Part shown: positions 30,785-40,474 of the stretch, in pieces
How positions within the stretch are numbered: the stretch's first letter is position 1
Layout: every line of letters starts with the position of its first letter
NCBI GenBank assembly: GCA_963707635.1
Contig: OY970173.1
Span: forward strand, 1,216,001-1,280,000
Reading direction: 5' to 3'
DNA: 64,000 nucleotides
Source: Candidatus Latescibacterota bacterium
Lineage (GTDB): Bacteria > Krumholzibacteriota > Krumholzibacteriia > WVZY01 > JAKEHA01
The notes under the pieces: generated by a model
The model's database searches: none
Seen by the model: only the letters and a program-made list of their open reading frames with translations
What the model was told of the DNA's origin: nothing
Position numbers and translations under genes: made by a program

Positions 30785-31985
30785 CGTAGTTACGCCCAGG
30801 TCGCGCGCGCGCGTGACGCCGCTCGTGTTCGGGGGGTTGACCGGCGCGTCCATCGCGCTGGTGATTCTCGCGGTGATCCTGCTGAACCGGAATTCCGCCG
30901 TCACGACCGGGACCTCGCCGGACGGTGGGGCGGGGATGCCCGTCTATCGGACGGCGAACACGCAGTCGGCGGGGGATATCGACGACACCCGCCGCAACGC
31001 CATCGTGCAGGCCACCGAGCAGGTCGCACCCGCGGTGGTCACCATCACCGCCACCAGCACGCAGCGCACGCGCCCCGTCTACGACTGGTTCTGGAACCGG
31101 TACTATCCGGGACGCGAGTTCCAGCAGTCGAGCCAGGGCTCCGGCTTCATCATCGACAAGTCCGGCTACGCGTTCACCAACTACCACGTGGTGCAGGACG
31201 CCTCGCGCCTGCAGGTGACGCTCTGGAACGGGAGCGATTTTCCGGCCAAGCTCATCGGGACCGCGCCCAGCTACGACCTGGCGCTCATCAAGATCGAGGG
31301 CCAGGAGTTCCAGGCGGCGCCGCTCGGCGACTCCGACGACCTCATGATCGGCGAGTGGGCCATCGCGATCGGGAGTCCGTTCGGAACCTACCTGGCCGAC
31401 ACCCAGCCGACCGTCACGGTGGGCGTCATCAGCGCCATCCACCGCGACATCCGTCAGGAAGAAGGCAGCGCGCAGATCTTCAACGACATGATCCAGACCG
31501 ACGCGGCCATCAATCCCGGCAACAGCGGAGGGCCGCTGGTCAACTCGCGGGGTGAGGTGATCGGGATCAACACCATCATATTCTCCGGCGGCACCGGCGC
31601 CAACATCGGCATGGGCTTCGCGATACCGGTCAACCGCGCGCGCCGCGTGTTCGACGAAATCGTCAAGCACGGGCGCGTGCGCGACGTGTGGCTCGGCATG
31701 ACGGCGGCGTCGATCAACCGGCAGCTGCAGAGCGCGCTCGACCTGCCGAGCGCGAACGGCGTGCTGGTGCAGAGCGTCGAAGAGGGCGGCCCCGCCGCGA
31801 AGGCCGGCATCAAGCCCGGCGACCAGATCATCGCCATCAACGGCGTGGCGGTGGAAAGCCGCGAGCAGGCGAATCGGATGATCTTCGGGTCGGGCGTGGG
31901 CGAAACGCTCGAGATGACCATCAATCGCAAGGATAACCTGGTGAAGATCAAGATCACGCTCGAAGAGCGGCCCGGGAACATCTGA
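30771..31985 (+). CDS. htrA: HtrA/DegP-like serine protease with PDZ domain
   Basis: TNYHVV, DLALIK, TDAAINPGNSGGPL, one PDZ domain. Confidence 0.92.
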   Translation: MYDDDVVTPRSRARVTPLVFGGLTGASIALVILAVILLNRNSAVTTGTSPDGGAGMPVYRTANTQSAGDIDDTRRNAIVQATEQVAPAVVTITATSTQRTRPVYDWFWNRYYPGREFQQSSQGSGFIIDKSGYAFTNYHVVQDASRLQVTLWNGSDFPAKLIGTAPSYDLALIKIEGQEFQAAPLGDSDDLMIGEWAIAIGSPFGTYLADTQPTVTVGVISAIHRDIRQEEGSAQIFNDMIQTDAAINPGNSGGPLVNSRGEVIGINTIIFSGGTGANIGMGFAIPVNRARRVFDEIVKHGRVRDVWLGMTAASINRQLQSALDLPSANGVLVQSVEEGGPAAKAGIKPGDQIIAINGVAVESREQANRMIFGSGVGETLEMTINRKDNLVKIKITLEERPGNI

Positions 31986-32019
31986 CCCGGGGCTGCTTGA
32001 AAGGCGCAGTCACCTCTAT

Positions 32020-33309
32020 ATGATCGAACGCTACACCCTCCCCGAGATGGGCCGCATCTGGTCCGAACAGACCAAGCTCGAAACGTGGCTGCAATTCGAA
32101 ATCCTCGCGTGCGAGGCGCTCGCCGAGCTGGGTGAGATCCCGCGCGAGGCGGTCGACCGCATCCGGAAGAACGCCCGCTTCGACGCGGCGCGTGTGCGGG
32201 AGATCGAAGAGACCACGCACCACGACGTGATCGCGTTTCTGACCAACGTCGCCGAACACATCGGCAACGACTCGCGCTACGTCCACCTCGGGCTCACGTC
32301 GTCGGATCTGCTGGATACGACCCTCGCGGTCCAGATGAAGCAGGCGGGCGAGCTGTTGCTCACCCGTATCGCCGCGCTGCGCGCGGCGGTCAAGGCGCGC
32401 GCGCTCGAACACAAGCGCACCGTGATGGTGGGGCGCACGCACGGTATCCACGCGGAGCCGATCACGTTCGGGCTGAAGCTGCTGGTCTGGTACGACGAAC
32501 TCGGGCGGCGCGAGCAGACGCTGCGCGCCGCGACCGACGCGGCCGCCATCGGCAAGCTCTCCGGCGCGGTCGGGACCTTCGCGCACGTGAGCCCGAAGGT
32601 CGAAGCGTACGTCACGAAGAAGCTGGGCCTGAAGCCCGCGCCCACGTCGACCCAGGTGGTCCAGCGCGACGTACACGCGGAGTTCGTGTCCGCGCTGGCG
32701 CTGGTGGGAGCGGCGCTCGAGCAGTTCGCGACCGAGATTCGGAACCTGCAACGGACGGATGTGCTCGAGGTGGAGGAGCCGTTCAAGAAGGGGCAGAAAG
32801 GGAGTTCCGCCATGCCCCACAAGCGCAACCCCATCATCTGCGAGCGCGTGGTGGGGCTCGCGCGCCTCCTGCGCGGCTACGCGGTGGCGGCGATGGAAAA
32901 CGTGGCACTCTGGCACGAGCGCGACATCTCGCACTCGTCGGTGGAGCGCGTGATCCTGCCCGACGCGACCATCGCGCTCGACTACGCGCTGGTCAAGTTC
33001 ACTGCGGTGGTGAAGGACCTGGTCGTCTACCCGGAGAACATGCGCCGCAACCTGGAGAAGGTGAACGGACTCGTGTACTCGCAGCGGCTCATGCTGGAGC
33101 TGGCGCGCGCGGGACTCTCGCGCGAAGACGCCTACGCGCTCGTGCAGGAGGCGGCGATGGAAACCTGGGAGAGCGGGAAGCCGTTCGAACAGACGGTGCG
33201 CGCGCGCAAAGGGATCGTTTCCCGGCTGGATGCCGCGGCGCTGGCGGCGGTCTTCAACCTCGACGGGTATTTGAAAGAAGTGGATACCATCTTCAAGCGT
33301 GTTTTCTAG
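32020..33309 (+). CDS. purB: Adenylosuccinate lyase
   Basis: MIERY, GRTHGIHAEP, SSAMPHKRNP, ERDISHSS. Confidence 0.97.
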   Translation: MIERYTLPEMGRIWSEQTKLETWLQFEILACEALAELGEIPREAVDRIRKNARFDAARVREIEETTHHDVIAFLTNVAEHIGNDSRYVHLGLTSSDLLDTTLAVQMKQAGELLLTRIAALRAAVKARALEHKRTVMVGRTHGIHAEPITFGLKLLVWYDELGRREQTLRAATDAAAIGKLSGAVGTFAHVSPKVEAYVTKKLGLKPAPTSTQVVQRDVHAEFVSALALVGAALEQFATEIRNLQRTDVLEVEEPFKKGQKGSSAMPHKRNPIICERVVGLARLLRGYAVAAMENVALWHERDISHSSVERVILPDATIALDYALVKFTAVVKDLVVYPENMRRNLEKVNGLVYSQRLMLELARAGLSREDAYALVQEAAMETWESGKPFEQTVRARKGIVSRLDAAALAAVFNLDGYLKEVDTIFKRVF

Positions 33310-33407
33310 TCACGATCTCGGCCGCACGTCATTGCCTCTCGCCCCCGCGGCGTGATATAATTCGCTGGCCGCGAACCTTTGCCCCGAGAGCCCGGTGATT
33401 ACGCGCA

Positions 33408-34304
33408 ATGCGTGCCGGTAACGCACTCACCTTCTCGCGTCGCCTTCTCTTCGCCACGACGTTGGCTGCCGCTCCATCGATCGGCGTGGTGCATGAAGCC
33501 CTCGGCCAGCACATCGGCATATACGCCGACCCGCAGGGGCTCGACTGCACGCTCGACCTTCCGCCCGGGTCGGAAGCGACGCGTGTCTATGTCGTTCTCA
33601 AGTACGCCCAGTACGAGGGCGTACAGTTTGCGGCGCCGATCCCCTCGTGCACGCCGTTTGCGATTGCCGGATGGTCGACGCCGCCGGGGTTCTTCGCGCT
33701 CGGGGACCCGGAGAGTGGCATTCAAGTGGCGTTCGGCGGATGCATTACCGGCGACGTTGTCGTGATGCGCATCGACCTCGTTCTCACCGGCAACCCGACG
33801 GGTGATTGCTGCGCATTCCGACTCGCGCCGTACCCGGGCGCGATCCCGCCGAACGGGAAGGTCAAGGTCGAGGTCGCAGACTGTTTCGGACGGATCAGGT
33901 TGGCCACCACGTCCGCCGTTTGGCTCGCGGGAAATGATGTTGCGTGCGCGCAGATGCTGCCGCCATCGGATCCATCGCCGTCCGACGGAGCCACCGAGGT
34001 GCCGCTTGACGCCGTTCTGACCTGCAAAGTGCACCCGGTGGAGGAGTTCATGTGTGCGATGATGCTCGGGTCCGATTGGGCGAACGTGTACTTCGGCACC
34101 AGCCCCGACCCGCCCCTCGTGGGTAACGGCGGGCCGATTCCATATCGCCCACGGTCCATGGCTCCGGCCACGACGTATTACTGGAAGGTCTATTACAACT
34201 ACTGGGGTGTGGGCCGTTCGTCACCGATCTGGAGCTTCACCACAGCGAGTTCGACCCCGGTCGAATCGTCGACCTGGGGAAGGATCAAAGCACTTTATAG
34301 ATAG
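33408..34304 (+). CDS. Secreted Cys-containing protein with FN3-like domain and C-terminal TPVESSTWGRIKALYR motif
   Basis: Signal-like N-terminus; VYFGT..DPP, TTYYWKV, WSFTT; C-terminal motif. Confidence 0.75.
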   Translation: MRAGNALTFSRRLLFATTLAAAPSIGVVHEALGQHIGIYADPQGLDCTLDLPPGSEATRVYVVLKYAQYEGVQFAAPIPSCTPFAIAGWSTPPGFFALGDPESGIQVAFGGCITGDVVVMRIDLVLTGNPTGDCCAFRLAPYPGAIPPNGKVKVEVADCFGRIRLATTSAVWLAGNDVACAQMLPPSDPSPSDGATEVPLDAVLTCKVHPVEEFMCAMMLGSDWANVYFGTSPDPPLVGNGGPIPYRPRSMAPATTYYWKVYYNYWGVGRSSPIWSFTTASSTPVESSTWGRIKALYR

Positions 34305-34309
34305 TAGGG

Positions 34310-34705
34310 CTACTTGACGACGACCACCGAGTAGCTCACCGTCTTCGCCGGCGGCTCCTTTTCGTCGAACGACCGCTTGTACTCGAAACGCAGCGTCTGC
34401 TTTCCCACCTGCGCCGCCTTGAACCGCCACGTCTCCACGCCAGCTGCGCCCAGGGCGCGCTCGTCCGGCGGGTTGGGTTGGTAGCTCGGCCGTTCGGTGG
34501 GCAGCATCACGACCACGCGGCTCGAATCGGCGAGCCACCAGCGATACCCGGTTGCATGGTTGGATTCCAGGGTCAGGACCAGCTCCTGTCCCTGGACCAT
34601 GTCGATGGTCTTTCCGCTGTCGCTCGAGGAAAGCGCGAGGGGCTTGATGGATGTGCAGGCGAGCCACAGGCTCGTCAGAATCGCGAGAAACGCGCTCGTG
34701 CGCAT
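34310..34705 (-). CDS. Chagasin-like (I42) cysteine protease inhibitor, lipoprotein
   Basis: Lipobox WLAC; SNHATGYRW, GAAGVETWRF, YKRSF motifs. Confidence 0.85.
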   Translation of the reverse strand: MRTSAFLAILTSLWLACTSIKPLALSSSDSGKTIDMVQGQELVLTLESNHATGYRWWLADSSRVVVMLPTERPSYQPNPPDERALGAAGVETWRFKAAQVGKQTLRFEYKRSFDEKEPPAKTVSYSVVVVK

Positions 34706-34913
34706 GACCACTCTCCGATCGCGTGCCGGGATGCGCTCGTCCTGGCTCCGAGGGCGGCACGGTCCCGGTAACGCGCGGCGATTATAGCACGTAGACGGGG
34801 CACGGGCCCGCCCATTCGGGACACTTGCCACCTCGAGTGCCGTCCGTTATAGTCCCGGTGACGCCGGTGTCTTACCCGCGGCGTCCATTTCTTTTTCCGG
34901 GAATCCCGAGACA

Positions 34914-37268
34914 ATGATCGACCCCAGAGACCTTGTCCCCGTCGAACCCACCGACGCGGGCGCGGTCAAAGACTTTCTCAAGAAGAACGGCGTCTCCCTC
35001 ACGACCGACGAGTACGCGCGCGTCGTGAGCCTCCTCGGCCGCCGTCCGAGCCTCGTCGAGCTGCACATTTTCAACGTGATGTGGAGCGAGCACTGCTCCT
35101 ACAAGTCGTCGCGCTGGGCGCTGAAGGAATACCTCCCGACCAGCGCGCCGCACGTGGTCCTCGGCCCCGGCGAGGACGCCGGCATCATTCGCTTCGCGGA
35201 GATCAACGGCAAGAGCTGGTGCCTGGTGATGGCGCACGAGAGTCACAACCACCCGTCGCAGGTGCTGCCGGTCGAAGGCGCCGCCACCGGGATCGGCGGC
35301 ATCGTGCGCGACGTCTACTGCATGGGGGCGGACGTGATCGGCGTCATGGACCCGCTCCGCTTCGGCGACCCCGACGGTCCGAATGCGTCGCGCGTGCGCG
35401 ACATCGCCTTCGGCGTGGTCGACGGCATCGCGCAATACGGCAACGCGCTCGGAGTCCCCACCTACGGCGGCGAGACCTTCTTCGACGCGGCCTTCGACGA
35501 CAACTGCCTGGTCAATGTGGTCGCCTTCGGCATCGTCGAGGAGCGCGGCATCATCCGCAGCCGCGTGCCGGAGGAAGCGAGGCACGTGCCCTACGACCTG
35601 ATCCTGGTCGGCAAGCCGACCGATGCCAGCGGCTTTGGAGGCGCCGCGTTCGCGTCCGAGCGTCTGGAGAGCAATGCGTCGACGGCGAGACAGGGCGCCG
35701 TCCAGGTGCCGGACCCGTTCGTCAAGCGCGTGCTGGCGGAAGCGATCAAGGAGATGCTCAAATTCGCGCGCGAGCAGAAGATCCCGATCGGCTTCAAGGA
35801 CCTGGGGGCGGGTGGAATCTCGTGCGCGTTTTCGGAGATGCCGCAGGCGAGCGGCTTCGGCGCCCACGTCGATCTGGACCAGGTGAACCGCGCCTTCGGC
35901 GATCTGCTCCCGGAAGTGATCGCGTGCTCGGAGACCCAGGAGCGTTTCGCGATTGCGGTGCCGACGCGGGTCAGCCGGGACATTCTCGCCATCTTCAACC
36001 AGAAGTTCGAGATGCCGCGGCTGTACGCGGGCGCGGGTGCGGTGGTGATCGGGCGCGTCACCACCGACGACCGTTTTCGTCTGACCCATCGCGGGCGCGT
36101 GGTGTGCGATGCCGCCATGGACGCGATCACTTCCGGGATCAGCTACCGGCGCGAGCAGAAGGAGCGGTCCCGGCGGCTGCGCGTGGGAGGCGGCGCGCAC
36201 GCGGCCGGCGCGAACGGCATCCGCGAAGCGGTGACGGCGCTCCTGGGTTCGATCAACGTGTGCGACAAATCGGCGATCTTCCAGCACTACGACTCCGAGG
36301 TGCAGGGCCGCGCGGTGCTGCGCCCGGGCGAAGCGGACGCGGCGGTCGAGATCTTCGTGCCGGGCGCGAACGTGGCGCTGGCCGCCTCCATCGGGAGCCA
36401 CTCGCGCATCGGGATGATCGACCCTTACGCGGGCGGCGCGTGGAGCGTGTTCGAGGCGACCCGCAACCTCGCCTGCGTCGGCGCGCTCCCGCTGGCCGTC
36501 ACGGACTGCTTGAACTTCGGCGACCCCGAAGACCCGGGCGTCTTCCACGAGTTCGTGGAATCGGTGAAAGGAATCGGCGACGCGTGCCGCGCGATGAGAC
36601 TCTTCGGCGGCGAGCACCCGCTGCCGGTGATTTCCGGAAACGTCTCGCTCTACAACCAGAGTGAGAAGGGAGAGGCGATCGCGCCCACGCCGATCGTCGC
36701 GTGCGCGGGCCGCATCGACGACGCCTCGCGCGCGCGCGGCTTCGCGCTCAAACAGGTGGGGTCGCGTCTGGTGCTCCTCGGGAAGCTCCACGACGACTTG
36801 GGGGGCTCCGAGTACGAGCGCGTGTTCGGAAACGCGGGCCACCCGAAGGCGCCGCACCCCGACTTCGCCTTCGAGTGCGCGCTGGTGAAGGCGCTGGTCG
36901 AAGGCTTCGCGAAGCGACTCGTGCTCGCCGCGCACGACGTGGCGCTGGGCGGGCTACTCGTCACCGTGGCGGAAATGGCGATCGCGAGCGCGCCCTTCGA
37001 CGTCGGCGCGAGCGTGGTGCTGGATGCGGTCGTCACGCGGCCGATGTGCTTCTCCGAGATGGGTGGCGTGGTGGTCGAGGTCAGCGACGACGCGTGGGGC
37101 GAGTTCGAGAGGTTGATCGCGCACCACGCGCTCCCGTTCGCCGAGATTGGGCGGACGAAGGCCGACGTGGGTCTCGAGGTGACGGTCGCGGGCGACACGT
37201 TTGGAATCGACATGGCAGAGTTGCGCGCCGCGCATCGCGGAAAGCTGGCGGAGATCCTTTACTCGTAA
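34914..37268 (+). CDS. purL: FGAM synthase subunit PurL
   Basis: MWSEHCSYKSS, ESHNHPS, GAATGIGGIVRD, DLGAGG, SETQER, SGNVSLYN. Confidence 0.97.
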   Translation: MIDPRDLVPVEPTDAGAVKDFLKKNGVSLTTDEYARVVSLLGRRPSLVELHIFNVMWSEHCSYKSSRWALKEYLPTSAPHVVLGPGEDAGIIRFAEINGKSWCLVMAHESHNHPSQVLPVEGAATGIGGIVRDVYCMGADVIGVMDPLRFGDPDGPNASRVRDIAFGVVDGIAQYGNALGVPTYGGETFFDAAFDDNCLVNVVAFGIVEERGIIRSRVPEEARHVPYDLILVGKPTDASGFGGAAFASERLESNASTARQGAVQVPDPFVKRVLAEAIKEMLKFAREQKIPIGFKDLGAGGISCAFSEMPQASGFGAHVDLDQVNRAFGDLLPEVIACSETQERFAIAVPTRVSRDILAIFNQKFEMPRLYAGAGAVVIGRVTTDDRFRLTHRGRVVCDAAMDAITSGISYRREQKERSRRLRVGGGAHAAGANGIREAVTALLGSINVCDKSAIFQHYDSEVQGRAVLRPGEADAAVEIFVPGANVALAASIGSHSRIGMIDPYAGGAWSVFEATRNLACVGALPLAVTDCLNFGDPEDPGVFHEFVESVKGIGDACRAMRLFGGEHPLPVISGNVSLYNQSEKGEAIAPTPIVACAGRIDDASRARGFALKQVGSRLVLLGKLHDDLGGSEYERVFGNAGHPKAPHPDFAFECALVKALVEGFAKRLVLAAHDVALGGLLVTVAEMAIASAPFDVGASVVLDAVVTRPMCFSEMGGVVVEVSDDAWGEFERLIAHHALPFAEIGRTKADVGLEVTVAGDTFGIDMAELRAAHRGKLAEILYS

Positions 37269-37273
37269 TCATC

Positions 37274-38087
37274 ATGGCCGGACGCGTTCTCATCATTCAG
37301 TTCCCGGGAGTGAACTGCGAGTACGAAAGCCTGCGCGCCATTGAAGCAGTGGGGCTCAAAGGCCAGATTCGCCGCTGGAACGACGCCGCATCGGCGGTGC
37401 GCGATGCGGCGGCCGTCATTCTCCCGGGGGGATGGTCGTACCAGGATCGCATTCGCGCCGGGGTGGTCGCTGCGAAAGACGCCGTGGTCGACGAGGTGAT
37501 CAAGGCGGCGGACAAGGGAACGCCTGTCATCGGGATCTGCAACGGCGCGCAGGTGCTGGTCGAGACCGGCATCGTGCCGGGCTTCGACGCGGGTCGCATC
37601 GATGTGGCGCTCGCCCCCAACCAGATGGTCGGCCGCGTTGGTTACTATTGCAACTGGGTCTACGTCAAGAAGGGTCCCGCGCGCTGCGTGTTCACCGACT
37701 TCATGGAGGAACGCCCCGGCGATCCGCTTCCGCTCCCGCTCGCCCACGGCGAGGGCCGCTTCGTGACCGCGAGCGACTCGGTGCGCTCGCACCTCGAACA
37801 CGGCGACGGCGTGGCACTCGTCTATTGCACGCCGGCCGGTGAGACGGCGACGCGGATTCCCGGAGAACCCCAACGGCGCCCAGTTTGCGATCGCGGGGCT
37901 CGCCAACCCCAGGGGCAACGCGCTCGCGGTCATGCCGCACCCCGAGCGCGGCGCGTGGGCGTACCAGGTGCCGCGCCGCGTGGGTGGCACCTGGGGCCGA
38001 AGCCGCGACGGCGTGGGATCGAAGGATCTTTACAGTGCCGGTCCCGGGCGCGGTTTCTTCGAATCGCTGCGAAGGGGGCTGTTATAG
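37274..38087 (+). CDS. purQ: FGAM synthase glutaminase subunit PurQ; +1 frameshift at ~37853
   Basis: FPGVNCE, PGGWSYQD, GICNG and AHGEGRF in one frame; NPNG and MPHPER in the next frame. Confidence 0.93.
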
Positions 38088-38116
38088 CGAAGCTGGATCG
38101 AGTAGAGTCTCCTCAA

Positions 38117-38147
38117 GTAGATACAACGCAGCCTGTAGACACAACGC
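38117..38147 (+). promoter_or_regulatory. Direct repeat, candidate operator of the sulfatase gene
   Basis: GTAGATACAACGC (38117-38129) and GTAGACACAACGC (38135-38147), 18-bp period. Confidence 0.4.
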
Positions 38148-38210
38148 GACCCCGCTTTGCTTCCGATCCCATCCTGACCTGCCCACGTGACCGTACTGGA
38201 GGTGGCCGTA

Positions 38211-39818
38211 ATGAGAAAACTGTTGCTCGCAAGCTGCGCGCTCGCGGTAGCGTTGGTACCGGCGGCAATTGCCCCGGCGCACGCGGCTGAAAAGAAACCC
38301 AACATCGTCGTCATCATGGGCGACGACATCGGTATCTGGAACATCGGCGCTTACCACCGGGGCATGATGGCCGGCCGGACGCCGAATCTCGACAAGCTCG
38401 CCTCCGAAGGCATGCTGTTCACCGACTACTACGCCGAAGCCAGCTGCACGGCGGGTCGCGCCGCGTTCATTACCGGCGAGTTGCCCATTCGCACCGGCAT
38501 GACCACCGTCGGCCAGGCGGGCTCACCGATCGGACTGCCCGCGGCGGCCGCAACCACCGCGACGGTGCTCAGGTCGATGGGGTATGCCACCGGGCAGTTC
38601 GGGAAGAACCACCTCGGCGACTTGAACGAGTTCCTGCCGACGGTGCACGGTTTCGATGAGTTCTTCGGCTATCTGTATCACCTCGACGCCATGGAGGACC
38701 CGGCGCACCCGGCCTACCCGCAGGAACTGTTGAGCAAAGTCGGGCCGCGCAACATGGTGCACAGCTGGGCGTCGGAGACCGATGACGCCACGGTGGATCC
38801 GCGCTGGGGCAAGGTCGGCAAGCAGAAGATCGAGGACGCCGGCACGCTCTATCCGAAACGAATGGAGACGGTGGACGACGAGATCCAGGCCCTCGCCTTC
38901 AAGTTCCTCGACAAGGCCAAGAAAGACGGCAAGCCGTTCTTTCTGTGGCTCAACCCCACGCGCATGCACATCGTGACCCACCTCTCGCCCAAGTATGAAG
39001 CCATGCGCAACTCGACGAATGGCTGGACCATCCACGAAGCCGGCATGGCGCAGCTCGACGACATCGTGGGCGCGACCATGAAGAAGCTCAAGGACATGGG
39101 CGTGGACGACAACACCATTGTCGTGTTCACCACCGACAACGGCACGGAGACGTTCACCTGGCCGGACGGAGGCAACACGCCGTTCAAGGGGCAGAAGGGC
39201 ACCACGTACGAGGGCGGGTTCCGTGCCCCGGCGATGATTCGCTGGCCGGGCAAGGTGCCGGCCGGCAAGGTGGAGAACGGCATCGTCTCCGGCCTGGATT
39301 GGTTCCCGACCTTCGTCGCCGCGGCGGGGAATCCGAACATTATTGCCGAGCTCAAGGCGGGCAAGGAGATTGGTGGTACGACCTACAAGGTCCACATCGA
39401 CGGCTACGACCAGACGGCCATGATCACGGGCAAGGGTCCTTCGGCCCGCCATGAGATCTTTTACTTCGGAGAGAGTTCGCTCGGCGCGGTACGCGTCGAC
39501 GACTTCAAGTATCAGTTTATCGATCAGCCCGGGGGTTGGAGCGGCCCCAAGGACCACATCGATGTGCCGACGCTGATCAATTTGCGTTTGGATCCCTTCG
39601 AGCGCCTGACTTGGCCGAAGAACGGAATGCTCGACGGATCGCAGGAGTACTTCGGATGGTTCCAGTACGAATTCTGGCGTTTCGTGTTCGTCCAGCAGGT
39701 GGTGGGCGAGCTGATCAAGACCGCCATGGAGTTCCCGCCGATGCAGAAAGGCGCAAGCTTCAACCTGGAGGCGGTAAAAGCGCAGATCGAGGCGTCGGCC
39801 GGCGCCTCGGGCAAGTAG
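38211..39818 (+). CDS. Arylsulfatase (exported; CxAxR type)
   Basis: RBS GGAGGT, signal peptide, KPNIVVIMGDD, SCTAGRAAFITG, GKNHLG, TDNG. Confidence 0.93.
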   Translation: MRKLLLASCALAVALVPAAIAPAHAAEKKPNIVVIMGDDIGIWNIGAYHRGMMAGRTPNLDKLASEGMLFTDYYAEASCTAGRAAFITGELPIRTGMTTVGQAGSPIGLPAAAATTATVLRSMGYATGQFGKNHLGDLNEFLPTVHGFDEFFGYLYHLDAMEDPAHPAYPQELLSKVGPRNMVHSWASETDDATVDPRWGKVGKQKIEDAGTLYPKRMETVDDEIQALAFKFLDKAKKDGKPFFLWLNPTRMHIVTHLSPKYEAMRNSTNGWTIHEAGMAQLDDIVGATMKKLKDMGVDDNTIVVFTTDNGTETFTWPDGGNTPFKGQKGTTYEGGFRAPAMIRWPGKVPAGKVENGIVSGLDWFPTFVAAAGNPNIIAELKAGKEIGGTTYKVHIDGYDQTAMITGKGPSARHEIFYFGESSLGAVRVDDFKYQFIDQPGGWSGPKDHIDVPTLINLRLDPFERLTWPKNGMLDGSQEYFGWFQYEFWRFVFVQQVVGELIKTAMEFPPMQKGASFNLEAVKAQIEASAGASGK

Positions 39819-39896
39819 TTGATTACGAGGTAGAGCATTCGGGCCGCACTCGTCGCACCTGGCGGGTGCGGCCCAGCATGACCCCGATCTCACCGC

Positions 39897-40271
39897 ATGA
39901 GACCCCTGCTCATCGTTACCGCGGCGCTTGAAGTCGCCGCCGGCCTGGCGCTCCTGGTCTTCCCGTCGGGCGCGATTTCCGCGCTGCTCGGTTCCGCGCT
40001 CGATGCGTCCGGCGGATTGATCGGCCGCGTGGCGGGGGTCGCTCTGCTCGCCCTGGGTGTTGCCTGCTGGCGCGCGCGCGACGATGGACGCAGCGTAACC
40101 GCGAGAGGCCTGATAACGGCGATGCTGCTCTACAACACGGGAGTGGCCGCGGTCCTGGTCTGTGCCGCCCTGGGCGCGGGGCTATGCGGGATAGGGCTGT
40201 GGCCGGCCGTGTTATTGCACGCGGGGTTGGCGATCTGGTGCGTGGCGTGCCTGCGGGGCAAGCGCGCGTAG
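39897..40271 (+). CDS. Small four-TM membrane protein
   Basis: Four hydrophobic segments; directly follows the sulfatase. Confidence 0.7.
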   Translation: MRPLLIVTAALEVAAGLALLVFPSGAISALLGSALDASGGLIGRVAGVALLALGVACWRARDDGRSVTARGLITAMLLYNTGVAAVLVCAALGAGLCGIGLWPAVLLHAGLAIWCVACLRGKRA

Positions 40272-40474
40272 AGCGGGATCAGTCGATGTCGAAGGCGGCG
40301 GACAGACGAAGTTCCGGCGCGCTCACGTCGACGTCGGGATAGTCTTTGTATTCGCGGAACGCGGCGTAGAACAGATACTCCACGCCGTTTCTAGCGCGGT
40401 CCTTCGGCCACTGGAACCCTCGACTTTCGACGCCCGCGGGCGGTATCCTCCCGTCGGGTGAGCACTGAATCGCC

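Noticed and set aside
20526..38087. lnt and purQ as pseudogenes or programmed frameshifts
   Set aside because: Single lesion each with intact catalytic motifs and no slippery heptamer; sequencing error is more parsimonious.
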